DNA of 64,000 nt from Gemmatimonadota bacterium (GCA_039588275.1 JBDHAC010000016.1:1-64000), one strand, 5' to 3'; counted from the stretch's first letter, positions 1 through 9,257 are shown. Numbers and translations: made by a program. The notes: generated by a model not told the origin, from the sequence alone.

Positions 1-484
1 CGGCGAAGCTCGACCCGCCCGCCGGCGCGGTGATCGTCGCCGCCGGCCGGTTATTCGTGATCGGGACGGTGATCGGGTGCACGTCGACGCCCCCGTCGGA
101 GTCCACGACGCTGAGCGTGATCGTGTGCATGCCGATCGACAGCCCGCTGGTGGTCACCGATTCGCCGGTGCCGAGCTCGCCATCCAGGTCCGACGTCCAC
201 CGCAACGAGGTGCCCGACAACGCACCGTCCTCGGAATCCGTCCCCGTTCCCGTGAACGTCACGGGCGTCCCTGCGGGGAAGCTCGACCCACCCGCCGGTG
301 ACGTGATCGTCGCCGTTGGCCGGTTGTTCGGGATCGCCGCCGGGGTGGGCTGGACGGGCTCGGCGGTGGGTGGGCGGACGGGCTCGCCGCGGGTCGGGCC
401 GGCCTCGGGTGGAGGCGGAAGAAGCCGGCATCCCTGCGCCGAAACGGCCGCCAGGATGAGCAGACCGATCAGCGCGCGTTTCAA
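1..484 (-). CDS. Lipoprotein with tandem PKD/Ig-like repeats (partial, runs off left edge)
   Basis: Manual translation from TTG at 484: MKRALIGLLILAAVSAQGC (lipobox), Pro-rich linker, then NNRPTATITSPAGGSSFPAGTPVTFTGTGTDSEDGALSGTSLRWTSDLDGELGTG..HTITLSVVDSDG. A second repeat starts 273 nt later. Not in the ORF track. Confidence 0.8.
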   Translation of the reverse strand, partial: MKRALIGLLILAAVSAQGCRLLPPPPEAGPTRGEPVRPPTAEPVQPTPAAIPNNRPTATITSPAGGSSFPAGTPVTFTGTGTDSEDGALSGTSLRWTSDLDGELGTGESVTTSGLSIGMHTITLSVVDSDGGVDVHPITVPITNNRPAATITAPAGGSSFA

Positions 485-612
485 GGCTTGCCGAGAGGTT
501 CGCCCTCCGACTTCGATCGCTCCCGTCGGGCCGCCGTCGTGAGGATGAAGGCGAGACCTCCCCACACGAACCCCGTCACGAGGACCATCACGATGATGCC
601 GGTGGTCGTCAC
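481..612 (-). CDS. 43-aa single-TM protein resembling the MetS-type small subunit of NSS amino-acid transporters
   Basis: Manual translation MTTTGIIVMVLVTGFVWGGLAFILTTAARRERSKSEGEPLGKP*. Start and stop overlap both neighbours (GTGA, TTGA). WGGL motif followed by a basic tail. Confidence 0.7.
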   Translation of the reverse strand: MTTTGIIVMVLVTGFVWGGLAFILTTAARRERSKSEGEPLGKP

Positions 613-1193
613 TCTGCTCTTCCTTCCAGTCCGAGTTCGCCCGAGATGCCCTGCATGGCCTCGATCACGAGTCCGATGTGCTCGGTCAGATCCTCACCGA
701 GCTCCTCGCAGGTCTCACGCATCTCCTCGCGGGATACCGCGGCGGCGAACGCCTTGTCCTTCAACTTCTTCTTCACCGATTTCGGCTTCATACCGACGAT
801 ACCGGTCGGTCGGACCAGCGCACAGGCAACGATGAAGCCCGTGAGGTCATCGACCGCACGTAGCGTCTTGGCCATCAGGGTGTGCGCCTCCACGCCGGTG
901 TAAGCGGCATGCGCGAGGATCGCATCGCAAACCTCCTCGTCGACGCCGCGCTCGCGCAGGATCGCTACCCCCGTCGTCGGGTGCTCGTGGTCGGGCCGGC
1001 GATCGTCGTTGGGCCACCGCTCGTAGTCGAAGTCGTGCAGCAGGCCCGTGATGCCCCACATGTCGGCGTCCTCGGCATACTTGTCGGCGTAGGCGCGCAT
1101 CGCCGCCTCGACCGCGTACATATGCCGCCGAAGGTTCGTGCTCTCCGTGTATTCGTGAACGAGGGACACGGCCTCGTCGCGGGTCGGAATCAT
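609..1193 (-). CDS. HD-superfamily hydrolase
   Basis: LRRHM..GLLHDFDYE..H..ILAH..VDDLTGFI pattern; start taken at MIPTRDEA. Confidence 0.85.
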   Translation of the reverse strand: MIPTRDEAVSLVHEYTESTNLRRHMYAVEAAMRAYADKYAEDADMWGITGLLHDFDYERWPNDDRRPDHEHPTTGVAILRERGVDEEVCDAILAHAAYTGVEAHTLMAKTLRAVDDLTGFIVACALVRPTGIVGMKPKSVKKKLKDKAFAAAVSREEMRETCEELGEDLTEHIGLVIEAMQGISGELGLEGRAE

Positions 1194-1254
1194 CTCGCTT
1201 CGCTCTCCTGTCTGCGCTCCAGGGCCGGCCATCCTCCGGCACGCCCATCTCCCA

Positions 1255-1701
1255 TCATAACCCTCGCAAGGCTGCGAGCATGCTGTCGGGCTGCACGACG
1301 CTGAGCATCAACGCGTAGCCCTCCGTCGTCGGGATATAGACCACGCGCCCCGGGTCTGTCACGTAAAGCAGCGCCTTCTGCCGGTTGCGAAGCCGATACC
1401 AGCCCGAGCGGTAGCCGGGCAGGCCGGTGCCGAACGTCCGGAAGCGAGGCCGCAGACCCTCCTCCCGCCCGAGGTCCAACACCCGGGCCTCGTCAAGGCG
1501 GAGCTGCTCGATCGGGATGGTCCGTCGATAGAGGTCGCCCGCGATGCGCAGTCCATCCGGCGAGACCTCGAACCGCGTACTTCTGGCAGAGTACGCGACG
1601 TACGCGAGCAGCGCGAGCACCGCCGCGAGCAGCAGCACGGCAGCCGCGAGAAAGAGCAACGAGCGGCCGGGAGCGGGAATCATCGGGAACACCTGCGTCA
1701 T
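1255..1701 (-). CDS. Membrane-anchored bacterial PH-domain protein
   Basis: N-terminal TM helix; RTFGTGLPGYRSGWYRLRN..KALLYVT motif typical of bacterial PH-domain proteins. Confidence 0.7.
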   Translation of the reverse strand: MTQVFPMIPAPGRSLLFLAAAVLLLAAVLALLAYVAYSARSTRFEVSPDGLRIAGDLYRRTIPIEQLRLDEARVLDLGREEGLRPRFRTFGTGLPGYRSGWYRLRNRQKALLYVTDPGRVVYIPTTEGYALMLSVVQPDSMLAALRGL

Positions 1702-2930
1702 CTCTTCCTCCTGTCGGCGAGCAGCGCGGCGCGCGTGACGGTCCCCGAGCCGAACCGGTCCGCCAGCGCATCGACAGCCGTCGCCACGCGGGAATCGACG
1801 TCTGGTTGCCCCGTGGTGTCGCCGGTGGCCTGTTCGGTGCCGAGGACATCCTGCTCGAACAACGCCAGCTGGCGCTCTCCCACCGGCTCGAGGCCCGACG
1901 CGGTCACCCCGATCAGGCGTACCCGGCGGTCCGGGCGATCCGCCCGGTGGAACAGGTCACGGGCGACCGGCCAGATTCGCTCCGTCGTGTCGACCGCGCG
2001 CGAGAGGGTCCGCTGTCGGGTCACCGTCTCGAACCCGTCCCATCTCAGCTTCATGTGCACCGTTCGACCCGCCAGGCCTCGATGCCGGAGCCCGCTCCCC
2101 ACGCTCTCGCACAGCCGGAGCAGCGTGCGCTCCACCTTCTCGCGGTCTTCGAGGTCGTGGTCGAAGGTGATCTCGTGCCCCAACGACTTTCGTCCCGGGC
2201 TCGATACGCGCCGGTGGTCGATCCCGTTCGCCAGGTCGTGAAACCGTCTCCCGAAGGCGCTCCCGAAGGCGGCCTCGAGGAGGTCTCGCTCCATGCGCGC
2301 CACGTCACCGATGGTCTGTACGCCCAGCTGCTGGAAGCGCTCCTGGGCTCTGGCCCCGGCGCCCCAAAGGCGGGCGATCTCGAGCGGGGCGAGGAACTCC
2401 GCCTCCTGCCCGGCCGGCACGACCACGAGTCCGTCGGGCTTCTCGAGGTCGCTCGCCACCTTGGCGACGTACTTGCTCGCCGCCACGCCGACGGAAGCGG
2501 TGAGCCGCTCTCGCGCCCGGATGTCGCGCTTGATCGAGGCCGCGATCTGGGGCCCATCCCCGAACAGAGCCCGGCTGGCGGTCACGTCGAGGAACGCCTC
2601 ATCGAGGGACAGGGGCTCGACGCGGTCCGTGTAGCCGCGAAAGATGTCGAAGACGTGCTTCGAAACCTCTCCATACAGCGACATTCGCGGGCGTACGTAG
2701 GCGGCGTCGGGACAGCGACGGTATGCCTCGGAGATCGGCATCGCGGACCGGACACCGGACCGGCGAGCTTCGTAGCTGGCGGTGGCAACGACACCGCGGC
2801 CTCGCCCACCCCTGGGATCGGCGCCGACCACGACCGGACGTCCGGCGAGCGACGGATCTTCGCGCACCTCGACCGCGGCGTAAAAGGCGTCCATGTCGAC
2901 GTGCAGGATGGTTCGCGGCGGCGCGCTCAT
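1698..2930 (-). CDS. dinB: DNA polymerase IV (Y family)
   Basis: ILHVDMDAFYAAVE, ASYEAR, SLDEAFLD, AKVASDLEKPDG motifs; ATG at 2930 overlaps the upstream stop. Confidence 0.95.
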   Translation of the reverse strand: MSAPPRTILHVDMDAFYAAVEVREDPSLAGRPVVVGADPRGGRGRGVVATASYEARRSGVRSAMPISEAYRRCPDAAYVRPRMSLYGEVSKHVFDIFRGYTDRVEPLSLDEAFLDVTASRALFGDGPQIAASIKRDIRARERLTASVGVAASKYVAKVASDLEKPDGLVVVPAGQEAEFLAPLEIARLWGAGARAQERFQQLGVQTIGDVARMERDLLEAAFGSAFGRRFHDLANGIDHRRVSSPGRKSLGHEITFDHDLEDREKVERTLLRLCESVGSGLRHRGLAGRTVHMKLRWDGFETVTRQRTLSRAVDTTERIWPVARDLFHRADRPDRRVRLIGVTASGLEPVGERQLALFEQDVLGTEQATGDTTGQPDVDSRVATAVDALADRFGSGTVTRAALLADRRKR

Positions 2931-3763
2931 TCGACGGGCAGCGCCCCGCCGCTGTCGCGCTCGTCGACGATACGACGAACCCTGCCCGGCGTGTCGCTCA
3001 CCAGTCCGTTCACGCCCCAGTCGAGCAACCGACGCATGTCGGACGTGCGGTTCACGGTCCACACGAACACCCCGATGCCATCTGCATGCGCCCGGCGCAC
3101 GAATCCACGCGTGACGACCCGGATCGGTCCTCTCTTCTCGGGCACCATGGCGGCGTCCACGGTCGGCACGTTGAGCCGCCCGAGTCCGATCTTTCCGAGG
3201 AGCACATACCCACGGAGCTCGTCCTGGTATGCGCACCGCCACCGCGCGTGGCGGCCGGCCGGATCGACCCGATCCCGATCGAACCCGCCCACCAGGATTC
3301 GCTCGTGCTCGGGGTGGCTCTCGAGCCACTCACCCATCGCGTGCCCGGCCCTCGCCGATTTGATCTCGGCCACCACCGGCAGGCCCGCGACCGTTTGGAG
3401 AACCTCCTCGAGGGTCGGCACCCGCGTCCCACCTCCGCGGAACGGGAACGTCTGCCCGTCGTCCGGCGTGAAGCGGTACCCCGCGTCGAACTGCCGGAGC
3501 TCTTCGAGCGTCAGCGACTCGACGTCGCCCGTCCCGTCGGTGGTCCGATTCAGCGTGTCGTCGTGGATGACGATCAGGCGCCCGCAGCTGCTGCAATGCA
3601 GGTCCAACTCGACGGCGTCGGCGCCCACCTCGACGGCGTGCTGGAAGGAGGGAAGGGTGTTCTCGGGCGCTACGGCGGCGGCCCCCCGATGGCCGATGAC
3701 CCGGATGGGCGAGGCCGGTCCGAACAGGTCATCGGGGTACGCCGAGGCGCGATCATCGGGCAT
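2927..3763 (-). CDS. Glycerophosphodiester phosphodiesterase
   Basis: IGHRGA..PENTLPSF, ELDLH, IHDDTLNRTT, EIK, VWTVN, GLVSD motifs. Confidence 0.92.
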   Translation of the reverse strand: MPDDRASAYPDDLFGPASPIRVIGHRGAAAVAPENTLPSFQHAVEVGADAVELDLHCSSCGRLIVIHDDTLNRTTDGTGDVESLTLEELRQFDAGYRFTPDDGQTFPFRGGGTRVPTLEEVLQTVAGLPVVAEIKSARAGHAMGEWLESHPEHERILVGGFDRDRVDPAGRHARWRCAYQDELRGYVLLGKIGLGRLNVPTVDAAMVPEKRGPIRVVTRGFVRRAHADGIGVFVWTVNRTSDMRRLLDWGVNGLVSDTPGRVRRIVDERDSGGALPVE

Positions 3764-3778
3764 GCGCGCACATTCGCG

Positions 3779-3855
3779 CCGGGGCGCGGGCGCGGCAAGC
3801 ACCGGGGGAGGGACGCGGCAAGCACCGGGGCGCGGGCGCGGCAAGCGCCGGGGAG
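3779..3855. repeat. Intergenic 23-bp tandem repeat, about 3.3 copies
   Basis: ccggggcgcgggcgcggcaagca / ccgggggagggacgcggcaagca / ccggggcgcgggcgcggcaagcg / ccggggag. Confidence 0.85.
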
Positions 3856-3856
3856 C

Positions 3857-5455
3857 CTACCCCGAGTACAGGTGGAGGATCTTCCCGGATCCCGTCCGAA
3901 TCGGGGCCCGCCGCTCCACCCGGAGCACCCGCCCTCCCCGCCACTGGAGCTCCATGAGACGCTCGCCGCTATCGCCGCCCCCGATCGCCGTCAGGAACGC
4001 GTCCGACACCTCGGCCGGGTCGAGGGGCCCGACGTCGGGGTGGACGAACAGCCGAACGCTGGGCCTGATGGCCACGCCGTCGGGATCCTCCACCAGCTGG
4101 TAGTCCATGGCGGTCCCGCCGAACCGGGTGGGCAGCACCTCCTCCAGCACGCGGATCACATCCACGTCCAGGAACTGGATGCCGCCGGCGGTGAGCTTCT
4201 CGAAGCTCCGGATGCGGTGGATGTGCGTGTGCCAGCCGAATCGCTCCATCGGGCAACCGCATTCGCGACGGGAAAGCTCCGCTTGATCGCCCATCGATAC
4301 GTTGAGCATGACGATCGGGGCGGACCGAAGAAGCGATGTGAGCAGGATCGCGGTCGGCGGCAGATCCGCTTCGTTCCCCGGGCCCGCCTGGATGATCGCG
4401 TGACGGTCGTGGAAGAAATGCTGATCATCGGGCGCATCCGGCTGACGGCACGCGAAGGCGATGATGTCGGTCTCCGTGGCGCCGAAGCGGGGCAGTGGGT
4501 GCGCGCCGGCGTCCTCGATCGCCCTCCGCCGAGCCGCCGTGGTCGGCTCGCCCCCCGCCGTGAACCGAGCTCCCGAGATGTCGACGCCCGCCCTCGTCGC
4601 GGCTTCGCAGACGAGGACCGCCGAGCTCGCGAAGGTCCACACGTGAGGGATGTCCCCGCGCGCCAGGACATGGTGCGCCCAGCGGACGATCGGCATCGGA
4701 TCATCGAGCGTCGCGAGCGTCGCCAGCGGGAGGGGCACCCCGGACATCAGGCTGCTGAGGCGCATGGCCCGGGCTCCCAGCCGATAGCGCGGGTGCAAGC
4801 CCGGCTCGCTCAGCGAGACGGGCGTGAACCAACGCTCCGGAGGACTCCCGCCCTTCGCGAACTCGAGCGGGTTCGTGACCGAAGTTCCTCCCGGCACCCC
4901 CCAATGCGCGTGCGTCCACCCCGCTCCGTCGTGCGCGTCCAACGACAGGTGCGTGTTGATCGCGTGATCCCGGATGAACGCGAGATCGATGGGGACCGCG
5001 GTGGGCGCTCCCCGCGACCCGCTGCTCTCCGACAGGCCGTGGACGACCGCGTCGGGCCGAATCAAGTCGGCCTGGTCGACGGTGAACGCGAGGCTGCCCC
5101 GCCGCACCGGTGTCCTCCCCTTGAATTCCGCGCAGCTCAGATACACGCCGTCCGCGAACAGTCGGGCGAGGGCACCCTCCAATCCCTCCGAGCGCACGAG
5201 CTCCGCCAGGTCCCCCGGCTCACAACCGGCGTGCTCCACAAGCCGGCGGTACGGGCTGTCGTGCCTCTCGAAGATCCAGCGCCTCGCGAGCGTCAGGAAG
5301 CGCGCCTCCCGCTCCGCGAGCCGCCGGGAGAGGGTCTCTCGCGCCTCGGCGAATCCGAAGGGAGTCCGGAGGAAGCGAGGGAGGCTCGCGAGTAGGCGCA
5401 GGCCGATGCGTAGGTCCGAGATCGACCATCGTGCCAATCGTCGACTGGCTGACAT
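3857..5455 (-). CDS. Uncharacterised PaaK/GH3-like adenylate-forming protein (paralog of 61953-63548)
   Basis: SSGSRG loop, GGEP, FGATE, LNVSMGD..CGC..IRSFEKL, DYQLVE, C-terminal TGSGK. Confidence 0.6.
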   Translation of the reverse strand: MSASRRLARWSISDLRIGLRLLASLPRFLRTPFGFAEARETLSRRLAEREARFLTLARRWIFERHDSPYRRLVEHAGCEPGDLAELVRSEGLEGALARLFADGVYLSCAEFKGRTPVRRGSLAFTVDQADLIRPDAVVHGLSESSGSRGAPTAVPIDLAFIRDHAINTHLSLDAHDGAGWTHAHWGVPGGTSVTNPLEFAKGGSPPERWFTPVSLSEPGLHPRYRLGARAMRLSSLMSGVPLPLATLATLDDPMPIVRWAHHVLARGDIPHVWTFASSAVLVCEAATRAGVDISGARFTAGGEPTTAARRRAIEDAGAHPLPRFGATETDIIAFACRQPDAPDDQHFFHDRHAIIQAGPGNEADLPPTAILLTSLLRSAPIVMLNVSMGDQAELSRRECGCPMERFGWHTHIHRIRSFEKLTAGGIQFLDVDVIRVLEEVLPTRFGGTAMDYQLVEDPDGVAIRPSVRLFVHPDVGPLDPAEVSDAFLTAIGGGDSGERLMELQWRGGRVLRVERRAPIRTGSGKILHLYSG

Positions 5456-5494
5456 GCGCGGAGGGTGGCGGTCGGATCGCGTCGCCGCGGCCGC

Positions 5495-6871
5495 CTACCC
5501 GGCTGCGGGAGCGGGAGCGGACGGCGGCGCGGGCTCGGTCGGCGGCGCGGGCTCGGTCGGCGCGGGCTCAGTCACCATCTCCGTCTGCCGCCGCCCCAGC
5601 CAGTATCCGATCAACAGCCACAAACCGGCGATCGGGACGGTCGCAAAGGCGATCCCCGCCATCCCGATGCCGAGCGCGCCCAGGCCCGCATACGACCACG
5701 CGCCGATCTGGTCTCCACCGCGATACACGAACGTGTCGATCAGCGCCTTGGCCTTGTACTTGTCCTCGCGGCTGACGACGGTGTACAGCGTCTCCCTCGT
5801 TGGCCGCGCCACGGCGAAGTTCCCCGCCCGCCGCAGGACCTGGAACACGACGATCGCGATCGCTGCCGGCCAGAATCCGAGCACCGTGAACCCGACGACG
5901 CACAGTGCCGGAAGCAGCGTGAGCGTGACCGCCACACCCAGCCATTTGATGATCCGTCCCGTCAGGAAGATCTGGGTGACGATCGTCAGGGCGTTGGTGG
6001 CGACATCGATGAGCGCGAAGAACGAGGTACGATCCCCGCGGTCGGCGATCCGGTCCGCGATCTCCGCCTGCTGGAAGTAAAGCACGGTGGCGATGATGGT
6101 GTAGGCCAGCATGTAGACGCAGATGCCGAGCAGGTACGGCGACCGCGCTACGTGCGCGACACCCGACCACATGCTCCCGCCGATCGGCTCCTCCTGACTC
6201 CCTCCGAGCCCCTTCGAGCGACGCAGGGTCTCGAAGTGACGCGACAGCCTGCGGACGATCTGCACACCGACCTCGAGCAAGACCACGGAGATGAGCATCA
6301 GGTTCGCGGCGGATGTGGATTGGGCCAGGATGCCGGTGACCGATCCGCCGACCACCGCGCCCAGCGTGCCGCCCACGGCGATGAACCCGAACAGCCGCTT
6401 GCTCTGCTCGGTCCGGAAGGCATCCGCCATGAACGCCCAGAAGACCGAGACCACGAAGAGGTTGAAGACGCTGACCCACCAATAGAAAGCGCGGCCCACC
6501 CAAAGTTGATCGCTCCCGGTCGTCGCCCTCAGCAGGAGGAAGAAGACGACCAGGTTGAGCATGAAGAAGCGGTAGGTGATCGAGACGAATCCCACCCGGG
6601 AGAAGCGCCCGACCAGCGCCGCGAAGGGTGGGTTCACCAGCAACATCAAGACGAGGGTGCCGGTGAACATCCAGGGGAGATTCCGCACGCCGCCGGCCAC
6701 GGCCATCTCGTCGCGGATGGGCCGCAAGACATAGTAGGCGGACAGCACGCAGAAGAAATACGCGGCCGAGAGAACGAGCGCCCGGACCTCGTCCTCGCGT
6801 ACCTCGATGAACCGCTGAAGCGTGCGTGTGAGGGCGCCGGGTGGCCGCGCCACGGAACCCGGGCTACTCAT
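5495..6871 (-). CDS. NTT/TLC-like (AAA family) MFS transporter
   Basis: YYVLRPIRDEM, SVFNLFVVSVFW, KRLFGFIAVGG, RPTRETLYTVV..KYKAKALIDTFVYRGGD; about 12 TM helices. Confidence 0.85.
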   Translation of the reverse strand: MSSPGSVARPPGALTRTLQRFIEVREDEVRALVLSAAYFFCVLSAYYVLRPIRDEMAVAGGVRNLPWMFTGTLVLMLLVNPPFAALVGRFSRVGFVSITYRFFMLNLVVFFLLLRATTGSDQLWVGRAFYWWVSVFNLFVVSVFWAFMADAFRTEQSKRLFGFIAVGGTLGAVVGGSVTGILAQSTSAANLMLISVVLLEVGVQIVRRLSRHFETLRRSKGLGGSQEEPIGGSMWSGVAHVARSPYLLGICVYMLAYTIIATVLYFQQAEIADRIADRGDRTSFFALIDVATNALTIVTQIFLTGRIIKWLGVAVTLTLLPALCVVGFTVLGFWPAAIAIVVFQVLRRAGNFAVARPTRETLYTVVSREDKYKAKALIDTFVYRGGDQIGAWSYAGLGALGIGMAGIAFATVPIAGLWLLIGYWLGRRQTEMVTEPAPTEPAPPTEPAPPSAPAPAAG

Positions 6872-6894
6872 GCCGGCTCAAGCCCGGCTTCCTC

Positions 6895-7455
6895 TCAGTG
6901 GTCGTCCTCCTTCTGCATATCGTCCGCCGCTTTCCCGAGCGCTTCGCCCAGCTCCTTCATCCCTTCGGCCACACCCTCCATCACCTCGCCCATGGCGCCC
7001 CGCAGCGTGTCAGCGATCCCCCGGACCAACTCCGCGGTCGAGGCTCCGATCACGGCTCGAACCATCCGGCTGCCGGTGCCCTCGACGTCGACCTTCCAGG
7101 CCCCGGCGTCCTCGATGAGCACGGTCTCGAACGAGATGTCGAGCTCCCACTCTCCCGAGGTCGTGACGCGGGTCTCGACGAGCGCCTTGCCGTCTTCGCT
7201 GCGCGCGTCTCCAAGCTCATAGCTGTCGATCGAGGATTCGTGTTCCAGCTTGAGCGAGGAGCTCTCGGACTCGATCGAATACGCTCGAGCCGTTTCGACG
7301 TCACCGTCCTGAACCGCCGCCCAGAAGCGATCCGCGACGGCCTCGGGGCTTTCCGTCCCGGCACATGCCGCCACGAATCCGGCCGCGCCCAACAGGTACA
7401 ACACGCGTATGGCCCGTGGCGCGGCATTGGCACGCCTCGTCGTCCTCGTCCTCAT
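6895..7455 (-). CDS. Hypothetical lipoprotein (NTF2-like body plus Met/Glu/Gly-rich helical tail); paralog of 19294-19836
   Basis: AGGAGG RBS before ATG 7455; VAAC lipobox; SPEAVADRFWAAV...WKVD. Confidence 0.7.
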   Translation of the reverse strand: MRTRTTRRANAAPRAIRVLYLLGAAGFVAACAGTESPEAVADRFWAAVQDGDVETARAYSIESESSSLKLEHESSIDSYELGDARSEDGKALVETRVTTSGEWELDISFETVLIEDAGAWKVDVEGTGSRMVRAVIGASTAELVRGIADTLRGAMGEVMEGVAEGMKELGEALGKAADDMQKEDDH

Positions 7456-7659
7456 TGGTCCTCCTATGTCGTCTATCGGCGCGACCATCCGGTTCGAGCC
7501 ACGCCGCCATTCGCTCCATTCAAAGCTCACATGGGGCCACGGCTATCCGCGGCTACCCGATCGGGCCCCGACCCCTCGGGACCCTCCTGTATGATAAAGG
7601 GCGATAGGGTCAGGGTTGTCCGACCACGTTCGAACGATGTCGCCCTCCGCGCGAGCGGT

Positions 7660-8553
7660 TCACCCGCCCCCGGTCAGACCGGAGAGATGGAGGTGGCTGG
7701 CCCGGATCGAAGCCTCGGGGTCTACAGGCTCGTCGTGCTCCACGAAGTAATGGGCCAGGCCGGCCTGCTCCGAGCGGGCGAAGATGCCGGGAAAGTCGAT
7801 CTCTCCCGCTCCGACGTCCACCATCTCGCCATCCGCCGTTCGATCCTTCACATGGCACAGTCGGAATCGGCCGGGGTGTGCCTCGAAATACGCCAGAGGA
7901 TCTTCGCCGCCGTGGATGATCCAGAAGAGGTCGAGCTCGATTGCCACCAGGTCCGGGTCCGTGCGCGCGAGCAATACGTCGAACGGCGCTTCGCCGTCGA
8001 GGCGCTCGAACTCGAACGCGTGGTTGTGATAACCGAACTGGGTGTCGGCGGCACGGCAGGCCTGACCGAACCGGTTCATCTCGTCGGCGAGTCGGCGGTA
8101 GTCATCGAGTGATTCGCGCTCTCGGGCTGGGAGCGAGGGGAGGACGACGTATCGATGTCCGAGCGCCGCCGCCTCGTCGAGAATCTCCGGAAGCCGGTCG
8201 CGGAGCGGCCCCAGACCCACGTGAGTCGAGGGCGCCGTGAGCCCCAGGCGGTCCAGGACGGCCCTCAGCTCGGTCGGCGAACGGTCGAAGTAGCCGGCGA
8301 ACTCCACCTCGTGGTAACCCACGCCGGCTACCATCTCGAGAGTGCGCTCGACATCCTCCGCCATCAGGGAGCGAACCGTGTAGAGCTGTAACCCGATCCG
8401 GTCGAGCAGACCGGATTCCCCGTTGCGGGCGGTGGAACCGGGCCGCCTGCCCTCGGACTCCTGGCGTGCGTCGCTACGAGTACACGCCCCGGGCACGAGG
8501 GCGTACACCCCCAGCGCCGCGAGCGAACGTTCCATGAATGATCTTCTATCCAT
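7660..8553 (-). CDS. Tat-exported sugar phosphate isomerase/epimerase (xylose-isomerase-like TIM barrel)
   Basis: MDRRSFM Tat motif; IGLQLYTVR, YHNHAFEF, ELDLFW, HVKD, FVEHD. Confidence 0.9.
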   Translation of the reverse strand: MDRRSFMERSLAALGVYALVPGACTRSDARQESEGRRPGSTARNGESGLLDRIGLQLYTVRSLMAEDVERTLEMVAGVGYHEVEFAGYFDRSPTELRAVLDRLGLTAPSTHVGLGPLRDRLPEILDEAAALGHRYVVLPSLPARERESLDDYRRLADEMNRFGQACRAADTQFGYHNHAFEFERLDGEAPFDVLLARTDPDLVAIELDLFWIIHGGEDPLAYFEAHPGRFRLCHVKDRTADGEMVDVGAGEIDFPGIFARSEQAGLAHYFVEHDEPVDPEASIRASHLHLSGLTGGG

Positions 8554-8651
8554 GCCCCGAATATGGCTGTGAGGGTGATTGCGGGGCCAGCGTGGGGCTC
8601 CGGATATTGGCTCCGTCCACCCGACGGCCGGTCCGCCACAGGAGGAGAAAC

Positions 8652-9257
8652 GTGAAGCGACGCCGTGCCCTGCGCGTGCTCGGAGGCGCTGCCTCGATTC
8701 CTCTGCTCCCCTCTGCCGCGTTGGCCGAGGTCCTGGTCTTCGGTCAGCGGGCGCGCGCCGCGACCGCCGGTTTCCCGCGCTCCGATCCGTGGCGCCCCCG
8801 CACGCTCGACGCGCAGCAGGATCGCACGGTCACGGCCATCGCCGAGGTGATTCTTCCGGAGACCGACACACCGGGCGCCACTGCCGCGCGGGTGAACGAG
8901 TTCGTGGATCTGATCCTGACGGACTGGTTCGCGGAGGAGGAGCGAGATCGCTTCCTGGCCGGACTCGAGGATGTCGATGTACGGACGCGCCACCACTTCG
9001 GCGTGGATTTCGTCGAGTCCTCGGCCGAGCAGCGGATCGCGACCGTCGCGGCCATGGACGCCGAGGTCGAAGCGCTGCAGACCGCAGAGGACGCGGGCGA
9101 AGCCTCGGAGCACTTCTTCTATCAGATGAAACGGCTCACACTGGCGGGCTTCTTCACGTCCGAGGTCGGGATGAACCTGCTGGGTTACGAGATCGTCCCC
9201 GGGGCCTTCGAGGGGTGCGTGCTCCTCGACCCATACGCGGGAGGGGGTGGGTCATGA
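8652..9257 (+). CDS. Gluconate 2-dehydrogenase subunit 3 family protein (Tat)
   Basis: GGAGGAG RBS, GTG start, KRRRALRVLG; ILPETDTPGA..V..FVD; FF..KRLTLAGFFTSEVG. Confidence 0.88.
   Translation: MKRRRALRVLGGAASIPLLPSAALAEVLVFGQRARAATAGFPRSDPWRPRTLDAQQDRTVTAIAEVILPETDTPGATAARVNEFVDLILTDWFAEEERDRFLAGLEDVDVRTRHHFGVDFVESSAEQRIATVAAMDAEVEALQTAEDAGEASEHFFYQMKRLTLAGFFTSEVGMNLLGYEIVPGAFEGCVLLDPYAGGGGS

Noticed and set aside
1806..5395. Very long + strand ORFs (765 aa and 890 aa), and similar ones elsewhere such as 20785-22893 and 55066-56739
   Set aside because: Antisense shadows of well-supported genes in high-GC DNA; no recognisable motifs
5495..6871. ATP/ADP translocase implying energy parasitism
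   Set aside because: This NTT-like subfamily is common in free-living bacteria, and the substrate cannot be inferred from the sequence
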